Part shown: piece by piece, positions 24,715-32,000 of the stretch
How positions within the stretch are numbered: the first letter of the stretch is position 1
Layout of the letters: every line of letters starts with the position of its first letter
Origin: Copranaerobaculum intestinale
GTDB lineage: Bacteria; Bacillota_I; Bacilli_A; Erysipelotrichales; Erysipelotrichaceae
Assembly: GCF_009831105.1 (NCBI RefSeq)
Contig: NZ_WUUQ01000008.1
Span: 1 to 32,000, forward strand
Direction: 5' to 3'
Length of the DNA: 32,000 nt
Translations under genes and position numbers: made by a program
Notes under the pieces: model-generated
What the model saw: the letters and a program-made list of their open reading frames with translations, nothing else
Told to the model about the DNA's origin: nothing
Database searches by the model: none

Positions 24715-25962
24715 TTATTTTTGTAAATATTCTGGATTATTGTTTAAAAATTTTGATAAGCAGAGAATATGTAAGCGCATAACATTCTCCAAATAATCAA
24801 CATGAATGATCCTTCCGTGCTTTCTCAGCTCATATAAAAACTGATTATTCTCATAGGGAATTACAAATTCAGCTTCTACCAAAGGACCGTATAGACGTTC
24901 ACAAATCACATCCAGCAGCATTTCAATACCGTTTACATGAGCTGCGCTGATCGTCAAGGTATCCACCGATTTCCGCGGCCATTCAATATCGCATCGGTCG
25001 GCCTTGTTGAAAATGGTAATCATGGGAATGGCAGATGCGCCAAGCTGCTGTAAGGTTGAACGGGTTACCTCACATTGTTCTTCATAGTGAGGATCACTGC
25101 GGTCGACCACCTGAACCAACAGATCGGCATCCTTGATATCTTCTAAGGTTGCGTGGAATGCTTCGATTAATTCATGGGGAAGATTGCTGACAAAACCGAC
25201 GGTATCGGTAAGCAGGAACTGTTGAAACTCTGAGTAAACAATATGGCGAACGCTTGTTTCCAAGGTCGCAAACAGCATATTCTCGGCGTAGACCTGTTTT
25301 TCTTCATTGCTTCCGCAGTATTTCAGCACTTCATTCATAATCGTTGACTTACCGGCATTGGTATAACCGATGAGGGCAACCAAGGGCAGCTGGGAGCGGG
25401 AACGCGCTTTTTTGCGGACGCTGCGCTGAGCTTCCAAGGCTTTCAAAGCACGATTAACATCAGCCAACCGCTTTTTGATATGCCTGCGATCTACTTCGAT
25501 CTGTTTCTCACCCTGGCCTTTATTTTTCCCGCCGCGCTGCCGTCCTAATGCTTGATAGCCTCCGGCTAATCGCGGCAGCTCATTCTTTAGCTGAGCGGCT
25601 TCAATTTGCAGCTGTGCTTCTCGGGAACGGGCTCGATCGTGGAAAATTTCCAAGATCAGCTGCGTGCGGTCAAGAATCGGTATCTTCCAATAATTTGTCA
25701 AATTACGGTGTTGAAGCGGGGAGAGCGGATTCATAAACAGCACCAGCGTAATTTCGTCATGCGTTTGTAAATATTCCTGAATTTCATTAACTTTGCCGCT
25801 GCCAAGCAAAGTGGCAGTCACAAAATGTTCCAGCTTTTGATTCACCGCGTCGACAATCGCTATTTGATCTGCCTCTGCATACATCTCATCAATTTGCGCA
25901 GGTTCATACGTTTGCGCATCACTGGATGCATAAATCAACAGGGCCTGTTCCAAGTCCATCAA
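24715..25962 (-). CDS. hflX: GTPase HflX
   Basis: 415 aa. HflX N-terminal domain, then G1 GYTNAGKST, G3 DTVGF, G4 NKAD. Confidence 0.92.
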   Translation of the reverse strand: MMDLEQALLIYASSDAQTYEPAQIDEMYAEADQIAIVDAVNQKLEHFVTATLLGSGKVNEIQEYLQTHDEITLVLFMNPLSPLQHRNLTNYWKIPILDRTQLILEIFHDRARSREAQLQIEAAQLKNELPRLAGGYQALGRQRGGKNKGQGEKQIEVDRRHIKKRLADVNRALKALEAQRSVRKKARSRSQLPLVALIGYTNAGKSTIMNEVLKYCGSNEEKQVYAENMLFATLETSVRHIVYSEFQQFLLTDTVGFVSNLPHELIEAFHATLEDIKDADLLVQVVDRSDPHYEEQCEVTRSTLQQLGASAIPMITIFNKADRCDIEWPRKSVDTLTISAAHVNGIEMLLDVICERLYGPLVEAEFVIPYENNQFLYELRKHGRIIHVDYLENVMRLHILCLSKFLNNNPEYLQK

Positions 25963-26074
25963 GCATCATCTCCTTTAAATTGCATGGTTATTCATTAAAA
26001 TTCTCTTTTCCTAGTATTATGATAATTAACGAGAATTATACATAATGGTCTTTCCTATATAATATACGGGGTTA

Positions 26075-26797
26075 TTAAGAATACTCCTGATTCAAATTCT
26101 TCTTATATATCTCAGCGCTTTCTTCTTCATTGATCATATGATTTTCAACCATTGCTTTCAGCACTTCTTTCTGTCGTATCCTGGCTTCCTTATAGCCGCT
26201 GCTCAGCTGATAAACAGCCGGTGCCTGCGGAAGTCCGGCTAGCAGCGACGCTTCAGCCGCATTCAGCTCGCTCGGTGATTTATGAAAGTAACCCTGTGCG
26301 GCTTCCTGAATGCCGTAATACCCGTCGCCGAAGTAGATTACGTTCAGATAAAGCTCCAGAATCTGATTTTTAGTAAGTGTCCCTTCTAGGTCATGGACAA
26401 AGAATAACTCCGCGGTCTTGCGGGTAAAGTGTTTGTCCTGATCCAGATAGATATTTTTAGCCAGCTGCTGTGTGATCGTACTGCCTCCCATGGCTAATTT
26501 TTTTTCTTTTAAATTGGTAATGCCTGCTTCCAGTATATTGGATAATAGTACCCCATGATGGGAATAGAAGGGAGGGTCTTCGATCGCAATGATAGCGTCG
26601 AGAAACACCGGACTGATATCACTGATTCTCACATAGGTCTTTTTCTTTTGAATCGCAGTGATTTTATCCGGCAGCGGCTGTTCACTTATCAGCGTACGGT
26701 ATCGTATGAAGCCGATAGATACGATCGAGGTGATCCACGTTATACATATGATCAAGATAGTGAGCAGTACTTTTTTCCAGGTAATATGCTTCTTCAC
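26075..26797 (-). CDS. Monofunctional peptidoglycan glycosyltransferase (GT51), membrane-anchored
   Basis: 240 aa. N-terminal TM helix. GT51 motifs EDPPFYSHHGV, GGSTITQQLAKN, RKTAELFF. No transpeptidase domain. Confidence 0.88.
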   Translation of the reverse strand: MKKHITWKKVLLTILIICITWITSIVSIGFIRYRTLISEQPLPDKITAIQKKKTYVRISDISPVFLDAIIAIEDPPFYSHHGVLLSNILEAGITNLKEKKLAMGGSTITQQLAKNIYLDQDKHFTRKTAELFFVHDLEGTLTKNQILELYLNVIYFGDGYYGIQEAAQGYFHKSPSELNAAEASLLAGLPQAPAVYQLSSGYKEARIRQKEVLKAMVENHMINEEESAEIYKKNLNQEYS

Positions 26798-26943
26798 GTA
26801 TCACACCTCCAACGTTCGCTATTATAGCACAAGATCATCAAATAAATTTGGGAAATTCTGTGTTGAATCTACCAAAACTGTTATTTTGATTGCCCCCATG
26901 AAGATTTTTCGATATACTGAGTACAGTTGTGGAGGTTACATAT

Positions 26944-27783
26944 ATGGTAAAAACAATCATCGGCGGTATCGCAGTCGGCATCGCCAATGTTATTCCCGGA
27001 GTAAGCGGCGGCACCATGATGGTTATTCTGGGTATCTTTAACCGTGTAATGGATGCGATATCCGGTATCTTTAAGCGGCATAATCCTGATCGGATGAAGG
27101 ATATTCTGTTTCTGTTTCAAGTATTGGTCGGCGCAGCGATCGGATTGGTCGGCTTTGCGAAAATCATTCAGTTCTTGTTTAATCATTATCCGACTCAGAC
27201 GTATTACTGGTTCATCGGTCTGGTGGCATTCAGTATTCCGGTGTTCATGAAAGCTGAGTGCAAGGGTGAAAAAATATCTTGGCTTCCTTTGATGATCGGC
27301 GCAGCGATTGTCTTTGTCATTAAATTTCTAGCTCCTGATGCAGGCAGCGGGAATGTGAATCCGGCGTTTCCTGATATTACGCTGATGCACTGTCTTATCA
27401 TGATCCTGTGCGGGGCAGTTGCCGGAGGAACGATGTTATTACCAGGTGTGAGCGGATCGATGGTACTATTGATCTTCGGACAGTATCATCTGTTTAAATC
27501 TTATTTGGCCAGTGTTACAACATTTCAGTTGGATGTGCTGATTTCCTTGTTCTTCATGGGAATCGGAATCCTGTTGGGGATTGTCATCAGTGCGAAGCTT
27601 ACCGGATATTTTCTTAAAAAGTATCACCGCGGTACGTTAAGTGTGATCCTGGGATTAATCATCGCCAGTTCGATTGTGCTGATACCGCTTGATGTCACTT
27701 ACTCGTTCAGTACGATTGTCACTTGCGGCGGCTCACTTCTGTTCGGTGGCTTTTTGGTTTATCTGCTTGAAAAAATTGCGTAG
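26944..27783 (+). CDS. DUF368 family membrane protein (PopT-type candidate undecaprenyl-phosphate translocase)
   Basis: Internal twofold repeat with VIPGVSGGTMMVILG and LPGVSGSMVLLIFG. ATG at 26944 with GGAGG at 26931-26935. Confidence 0.88.
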   Translation: MVKTIIGGIAVGIANVIPGVSGGTMMVILGIFNRVMDAISGIFKRHNPDRMKDILFLFQVLVGAAIGLVGFAKIIQFLFNHYPTQTYYWFIGLVAFSIPVFMKAECKGEKISWLPLMIGAAIVFVIKFLAPDAGSGNVNPAFPDITLMHCLIMILCGAVAGGTMLLPGVSGSMVLLIFGQYHLFKSYLASVTTFQLDVLISLFFMGIGILLGIVISAKLTGYFLKKYHRGTLSVILGLIIASSIVLIPLDVTYSFSTIVTCGGSLLFGGFLVYLLEKIA

Positions 27784-27812
27784 TCCTGCTGCTGTCAGCG
27801 GGACTTTTTCTT
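27783..27812 (+). terminator. Rho-independent terminator after the DUF368 gene
   Basis: GTCCTGCTG (27783-27791), CTGT loop, CAGCGGGAC (27796-27804, one G-U pair), TTTTTCTTT. Confidence 0.6.
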
Positions 27813-27848
27813 TCTCTGTATGAATATATATGAAAGAGGGAGGATCGT

Positions 27849-29189
27849 ATGCTGGATAAACTTTGGATGATCAATACAGCGGTGAATCATTTTGTATGGG
27901 GACCGTTCATGCTGGTGCTGCTTTTGGGGATCGGACTGTGGCTGACGGTCCGTACCGGTTTTCTGCCGCTACGCAAATGCGGACTGATCTTTTCAAAAAC
28001 GCTTGGATCGCTGTTTCACAAGCAAGATCGAAGTAAGGGAATCACACCTTTTCAGGCCGTATCTACGGCGCTTGCCGGAACCCTGGGAGTCGGCAGTGTG
28101 GTCGGCGTGGCAACCGCTATTACAACCGGCGGTCCGGGCGCGGTGTTTTGGATGTGGATCAGCGCTCTTTTTGGCATGATGATCAAGTATGGGGAGGTTA
28201 TCCTTTCGGTACATTTTCGTAACCGTGAAAAGGACGGCACCTATATTGGCGGTCCGATGACAACTTTAGAAAACGGCTGTCATATGAAATTTTTAGGGGT
28301 ATTGTTTGCCCTGCTATGTATTTTTGCATCCTTTGGCATCGGCAATGCGGCTCCGTCCAATACGATTGCGGTAACGTTTCATTCCTACTTTGGCGTAAGC
28401 CCGATGATCTGCGGTATTGGCGCGGCGGTCTTAGTCGGAATTGTTATCATCGGAAAAGCGGGCCGAATCATGCGGGTGAATGAAATTTTTGTGCCGGTTC
28501 TTTCCATATTATATATAGGGGCTTCCTTATATTTGATCGCCGCCCGTTTGGAATTTATCGGACCTGCGTTTCAAATGATCATCAAAGATGCGTTTACATT
28601 GCCATCAGCGGTTGGAGGAACCAGCGGCTATATGATTTCCAAAGCTATGCATTACGGCATTTCAAGAGGAGTTTTTTCCAATGAAGCGGGCATGGGCAGC
28701 GCACCGATTGCGCATGCTTCGGTCGCGAATGTCAATGCGGTCGAGCAAGGCTTCTGGGGTATCTTCGAGGTGTTTTTTGATACGATTGTTATCTGTACAA
28801 TTTCTGCAATGGTCATTATGACGTCACCGTATTTTGGCAGTATGTTAGATGGAGTACAAATGACGGTTATGTGTTTTGTTGATGGCTTTGGACACTGGGG
28901 CGGGGTACTATTCGCATTTGCGATTGCTTCGTTTGCCTTATCTTCGATTTTGGGATGGTATTATTATGCGGTGCAGTGTATTCGCTATCTGTTTACCTCA
29001 CCGTTCATGCTGTTGATTTATAAAATACTGTTTTTAGCGGTAATCATAATCGGTGCATGTGCACATCTGGATCTGGTATGGGAAGTTGCGGATACTTTGA
29101 ACGGTCTTATGAGCTTACCGAATCTTTTGTCTTTGATCCTTTTGTATCGGATCATACTTCGCTATACCGATGATTATTTACGTAAATAG
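27849..29189 (+). CDS. Alanine/glycine:cation symporter (AGCS family)
   Basis: 446 aa, about 11 TM helices. AGCS signature TTGGPGAVFWMWISALFGM and GVFSNEAGMGSAPIAHA. Confidence 0.9.
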   Translation: MLDKLWMINTAVNHFVWGPFMLVLLLGIGLWLTVRTGFLPLRKCGLIFSKTLGSLFHKQDRSKGITPFQAVSTALAGTLGVGSVVGVATAITTGGPGAVFWMWISALFGMMIKYGEVILSVHFRNREKDGTYIGGPMTTLENGCHMKFLGVLFALLCIFASFGIGNAAPSNTIAVTFHSYFGVSPMICGIGAAVLVGIVIIGKAGRIMRVNEIFVPVLSILYIGASLYLIAARLEFIGPAFQMIIKDAFTLPSAVGGTSGYMISKAMHYGISRGVFSNEAGMGSAPIAHASVANVNAVEQGFWGIFEVFFDTIVICTISAMVIMTSPYFGSMLDGVQMTVMCFVDGFGHWGGVLFAFAIASFALSSILGWYYYAVQCIRYLFTSPFMLLIYKILFLAVIIIGACAHLDLVWEVADTLNGLMSLPNLLSLILLYRIILRYTDDYLRK

Positions 29190-29269
29190 CTTTAAATCTG
29201 TACGTTTCGGCAACTTTCATCTATGGTATAATAGAAAAAAGCGTACTCATTCAGATATGAGGTGATAAA

Positions 29270-30403
29270 ATGAAAATTGTTGTAGCGTGTGATTCTTATA
29301 AGGGATGCATGTATTCAAAAGAAGTTGCGCAGCATATTGAGAATGGAATTTTAAAACAGAATCCACATCATGAGGTGTGGAAGTATACGATTGCGGATGG
29401 CGGTGAAGGTACTGTTTCAGCATTTTGCGATACCTGCGGCGGTCAGCTGATCGAGGTTTCTACAGTTGATGCCTATATGAAAAAAATCAAAGCACAGTAC
29501 ACCCTGATCGATCAGGGGCAAACCGCGGTCATGGAAGCGGCCAATATCATCGGTCTGAATATGTATCCCCGTGAAAAACGGGCGCCGCTGTTTGCCTGCA
29601 GCTATGGATTAGGAGTTGTGCTGTTGGACGCGGTGAAGCGCGGGGTTAAAAAGGTTATCATCGGTCTGGGCGGAACTGCCACCAATGATGGAGGCATGGG
29701 CATGCTGATGGCATTGGGGGTTCGGTTTTTCGATGAAAATCATAAGCCACTGCCGGCGCAGGCTTTATCCTTGGAAAAGATCCACTACATTGACTTCAAT
29801 CGAATGCATAAAATGAATGTAGAGTTGATAGCCGCATGTGATGTTGCAAATCATCTGCTGGGAGAGCAGGGAGCGACTCATGTATTTGGCAAGCAAAAAG
29901 GGCTGTATCCCAATCAGATTAAGAAAATTGAACGGGGGATGGAAAATTATCGTTTTCAGCTACAGCGTTATTTAAAGGTTGATATCAATACGTTTGAAGG
30001 CGGCGGTGCGGCCGGTGGTATCGGGGCGATTTTGATCGGCATGCTTCATGCGAAGATGGTTCCGGGCATAAAGCTGTTACTTGGTTACAGTAATTTGGAA
30101 GAAAAAGTAGCTCATTGTGATCTGGTCATCACCGGGGAGGGTCAAACGGATAAGCAGACAAAATTCGGTAAAGTACCAGTGGGTATTTTAACGGTTGCGA
30201 ACCGTTACCATAAGCCGACCATCTGTATCAGCGGAGCGCTGGGACTGGGGTATCAGGATTTGTATGAGCTTGGCTTTATCGGTTTGTTCAGTATTTCCGA
30301 TCGGGCGATGACCTTTCAGCAAGCGCTGGATAACGCACCTGCAAAATTGGAAGCCGCAACCTTTGCGATCATAAATACGATTGACAAAATAAAACATTTC
30401 TAA
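29270..30403 (+). CDS. glxK: Glycerate kinase
   Basis: 377 aa. KIVVACDSYKG, ADGGEGT, GLGGTATNDGGMGML, ITGEGQTDKQTKFGKVP. Confidence 0.9.
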   Translation: MKIVVACDSYKGCMYSKEVAQHIENGILKQNPHHEVWKYTIADGGEGTVSAFCDTCGGQLIEVSTVDAYMKKIKAQYTLIDQGQTAVMEAANIIGLNMYPREKRAPLFACSYGLGVVLLDAVKRGVKKVIIGLGGTATNDGGMGMLMALGVRFFDENHKPLPAQALSLEKIHYIDFNRMHKMNVELIAACDVANHLLGEQGATHVFGKQKGLYPNQIKKIERGMENYRFQLQRYLKVDINTFEGGGAAGGIGAILIGMLHAKMVPGIKLLLGYSNLEEKVAHCDLVITGEGQTDKQTKFGKVPVGILTVANRYHKPTICISGALGLGYQDLYELGFIGLFSISDRAMTFQQALDNAPAKLEAATFAIINTIDKIKHF

Positions 30404-30419
30404 GGAAGTGTTTTTTTTT
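30392..30419 (+). terminator. Rho-independent terminator after glycerate kinase
   Basis: AAACATTTC (30392-30400), TAAG loop (contains the stop), GAAGTGTTT (30405-30413, one G-U pair), T-run to 30419. Confidence 0.55.
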
Positions 30420-30441
30420 GAGCGAAAATGGATAAACAATA

Positions 30442-30469
30442 TTGACATTTATCAGAAATTTCATATAAT
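30442..30469 (+). promoter_or_regulatory. Promoter of the cadC-cadA-like operon
   Basis: TTGACA (30442-30447), 16-nt spacer, TATAAT (30464-30469). Confidence 0.55.
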
Positions 30470-30471
30470 GA

Positions 30472-30495
30472 ACATATGAATACATGTTCATATGT
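30472..30495 (+). promoter_or_regulatory. Candidate ArsR/SmtB operator: perfect 9-6-9 inverted repeat
   Basis: ACATATGAA (30472-30480), TACATG, TTCATATGT (30487-30495), immediately downstream of the -10. A nested TGAACAT/ATGTTCA pair is also present. Confidence 0.55.
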
Positions 30496-30512
30496 AAAAG
30501 TGAGGTAAGCAC

Positions 30513-30872
30513 ATGGAAGATAAAAGTTTATTGTGTGACGTGACATACGTCCATGAAGATAAAGTAGCACGGGTGAAAAGTCATAAGCTCAAGAAAGAGC
30601 AATACGAAGACCTTTCGGCTCTGTTCAAGATGTTCGCCGATCCAACCAGACTGAAGCTGCTGAGTGCACTATTTCAGGAAGAACTTTGTGTCTGTGATCT
30701 AAGTGAGCTGCTGAATATGACACAGTCAGCGGTTTCGCATCAGTTGAGTGTGCTGAAAGCGAATCGGCTGGTGAAATCGCGGCGCAGCGGAAAAAATATC
30801 TATTACGCGCTTGATGATGAACATATTCAGCATATATTTAACGCTGGATTAGAACATATATTGGAGGGATAG
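30513..30872 (+). CDS. cadC: ArsR/SmtB-family metal-sensing repressor, CadC-like
   Basis: 119 aa. FADPTRLKLLSAL, ELCVCDLSELL (the CadC-type Cys pair), SAVSHQLSVLKANRLV. N-terminal Cys at residue 8. Confidence 0.88.
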   Translation: MEDKSLLCDVTYVHEDKVARVKSHKLKKEQYEDLSALFKMFADPTRLKLLSALFQEELCVCDLSELLNMTQSAVSHQLSVLKANRLVKSRRSGKNIYYALDDEHIQHIFNAGLEHILEG

Positions 30873-30875
30873 TAT

Positions 30876-32000
30876 ATGATAAAAAAATATGATTTACGCG
30901 GTCTTGACTGTGCCAACTGTGCAAATAAAATAGAACGGCAGGTTCAGAAGCTAAGCGGTGTTACTGAGGCATCGATCAGCTTTGTGAATAAACAGATGCT
31001 GTTAGAAGTTACTGATTCTTTTGACGAAGCGGAAATGATTCATTTGATTCACAAATTGGAGCCGGAAGTACAAGCGGAGGAAATTCTAAAAGGAAAACGA
31101 AGTTATACTGCCGCCAAAACTAAGGAAGATAAGAATATATGGAATCAAACTGATGATCATTGTGAAGGCGAAGGTCATATGCATCATCACGATCACGAGG
31201 CTGAATGCGGTTGCGGAAAGCATCATGAACATGAATGCTGTACTCATAAACACGATGCCAGCGGTTCTGAATGTGAATGCGGACATCACCATGAGCACGA
31301 CAGTCAAGCGTGCAGCTGCGGACATGAGCACGCGGAGCATACTGGACACAAGATCAGCAAAGCCAGTCAGTATCAAATTCAAAATTTGGATTGTGCCAGC
31401 TGTGCTGCCAAGGTGGAGGAAGCCATTCGCGGTCTGTCGTGTGTAGAAGATGCATCAGTCAACTTCGCTGCGGCGAAGCTGGCAATTCGTTTTGTGGATC
31501 AGACAGCTTCGGCTGAAAGCTTGAAAGAAGTAAAAAAAATAGTAAAACAGCTGGAACCAGAGGTTGTTATTCGGGAAGTATCCGATACATCTGCGTTACC
31601 TAAAAATCCTCATACGAAAGCATGGCTGCGACTGTGCGCCGGTGTGATCTTCTTTCTTTTAGGGCTGATGTTTAAGGAAAAGGACTATGCCTTCTATTTA
31701 TTTTTGATCAGTTTTGTGATATCAGGAGGCAAGGTTGTATGGCAGGCAGTACGCAATGTGCTGCGCGGAGAAATGTTTGATGAAAATTTCTTGATGAGCG
31801 TCGCAACAATCGGTGCTTTTCTGATCGGAGATTATGCAGAGGGTGTTGCGGTGATGCTGTTCTATGAAGTCGGTGAGCTGTTCCAATCCATCGCTGTCAA
31901 TCGCTCTCGTCAAAATATTTCCGATTTGATGGATATTCGTGTGGATTATGCGAATTTGCTGATTGACGGAGAAGAAAAACGGGTAGATCCAGAGCTTGTT
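30876..32000 (+). CDS. cadA: Heavy-metal (Cd/Zn/Pb-type) P1B-type ATPase, 5' part; continues beyond the window
   Basis: Not in the ORF track because no stop is reached. The ATG at 30876 is 4 nt after the cadC stop. Two HMA domains (GLDCANCANKIE and NLDCASCAAKVE) are separated by a His/Cys-rich linker. TM region with FDENFLMSVATIGAFLIGDYAEGVAVMLFYEVGE. Confidence 0.9.
   Translation, partial: MIKKYDLRGLDCANCANKIERQVQKLSGVTEASISFVNKQMLLEVTDSFDEAEMIHLIHKLEPEVQAEEILKGKRSYTAAKTKEDKNIWNQTDDHCEGEGHMHHHDHEAECGCGKHHEHECCTHKHDASGSECECGHHHEHDSQACSCGHEHAEHTGHKISKASQYQIQNLDCASCAAKVEEAIRGLSCVEDASVNFAAAKLAIRFVDQTASAESLKEVKKIVKQLEPEVVIREVSDTSALPKNPHTKAWLRLCAGVIFFLLGLMFKEKDYAFYLFLISFVISGGKVVWQAVRNVLRGEMFDENFLMSVATIGAFLIGDYAEGVAVMLFYEVGELFQSIAVNRSRQNISDLMDIRVDYANLLIDGEEKRVDPELV

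Noticed and set aside
31086-31446. ORFs 31086-31382 (-) and 31153-31446 (+) in the track
   Set aside because: Both lie inside the heavy-metal ATPase gene (frame starting at 30876), which reads through two HMA domains and the His/Cys-rich linker. They are off-frame or antisense artefacts of that repetitive CAT/CAC-rich stretch.

Overview
This 32-kb window comes from a low/mid-GC Bacillota-type genome. The gene content and motifs look Erysipelotrichia/Clostridia-like, but that taxon call is inference only. All family calls rest on motifs I recognise by eye, because no database search was possible.

The window has two compartments.

(i) Positions 1..~7340 are the right arm of an integrated mobile element (ICE/IME-like) whose left end lies outside the window. 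In order it carries:
- an XRE-family regulator;
- a strongly AT-rich cargo block (a 140-aa soluble protein and a 401-aa multi-pass membrane protein, neither with a recognisable family);
- an HTH-fused Rep_trans (pT181 RepC / Tn916 Orf20 type) initiator/relaxase;
- an unusual array of eight degenerate ~61-70 bp direct repeats;
- a TnpW-like small ORF;
- a terminal large serine recombinase.
About 25 bp after the recombinase stop codon, a host gene for an XRE-type membrane regulator resumes in the middle of its HTH domain. The element is therefore inserted inside that gene.

(ii) Positions ~7341..32000 are chromosomal:
- a TetR-controlled split 'CoA-enzyme activase / dehydratase-like' pair;
- a divergent operon of esterase, Fe-S aldo/keto reductase, ECF S component and DUF1893;
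- a yhbD-like DUF4004 gene with a bactofilin gene;
- a YitT-family membrane protein;
- a panT-coaBC-coaX CoA salvage operon;
- nnr, an NlpC/P60 hydrolase and hflX;
- a monofunctional GT51 transglycosylase divergent from a DUF368 (PopT-family) membrane protein;
- an alanine/cation symporter and glycerate kinase;
- a cadC-cadA-like metal efflux locus that runs off the right edge.

I found no rRNA, tRNA or bona fide CRISPR array. The most interesting candidates are the AT-rich cargo genes and the long-period repeat array in the mobile element. Both are uncharacterised, and my functional proposals for them are hypotheses.
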